Positions 48,755 through 48,875 of a stretch of 48,875 bases of DNA are shown here, one piece after another. Positions within the stretch are counted from its first letter, which is position 1; each line of letters starts with the position of its first letter. A program made the position numbers and the translations under genes. Below the pieces are notes generated by a model. It saw only the letters and a program-made list of their open reading frames with translations, had not been told where the DNA came from and searched no databases. Source of the DNA: an archaeon (GTDB lineage Archaea > Asgardarchaeota > Thorarchaeia > Thorarchaeales > Thorarchaeaceae); the NCBI GenBank assembly GCA_024276825.1, contig JAJRWI010000056.1, forward strand, positions 1 through 48,875, in the 5' to 3' direction.

Positions 48755-48875
48755 TGCTCCTACCCAAATTTAATTAAGAAATGATCGCATTATAAAAATA
48801 TCTTGTATTATATAACAATAGAATTTAATAGATATTAATTTATTTTAATTTGGGTGAGATTCATTGGTAATTTGG

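Overview
A gene-dense archaeal chromosomal window, most likely from an Asgard archaeon (probably Thorarchaeia). The lineage is inferred from archaeal housekeeping genes (thermosome, Rpo6, archaeal MAT, archaeal/eukaryal-type GlyRS and TrpRS, HisRS, Nre) together with eukaryote-like proteins (two SNAP-like solenoids, a CINP/C1orf109-like protein, split Alg13/Alg14). About 45 CDSs are supported. No rRNA, tRNA, CRISPR array or transposase was found. The strongest candidate for an undescribed system is 24876-29760. It contains a clear heme O synthase (CtaB/CyoE) next to a 12-TM protein that follows the heme-copper oxidoreductase subunit I layout. That protein keeps the three heme-ligand His but lacks the helix VII His-His CuB pair and the HPEVY Tyr, and no subunit II gene is nearby. 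The locus is flanked by a 7-TM protein, a Cys-rich HxlR-type regulator with palindromic sites, and a trans-prenyltransferase that has lost its catalytic motifs. Other highlights: an in-frame TAA in glyS, an HhH-Rpo6 fusion, an HTH-CBS regulator divergent from mat with a perfect 10-6-10 inverted repeat, an FAD oxidoreductase/HdrD-SCP2 pair, and an AT-rich TM-HEPN gene at the right edge. All family calls come from motif recognition by eye; no searches were run.
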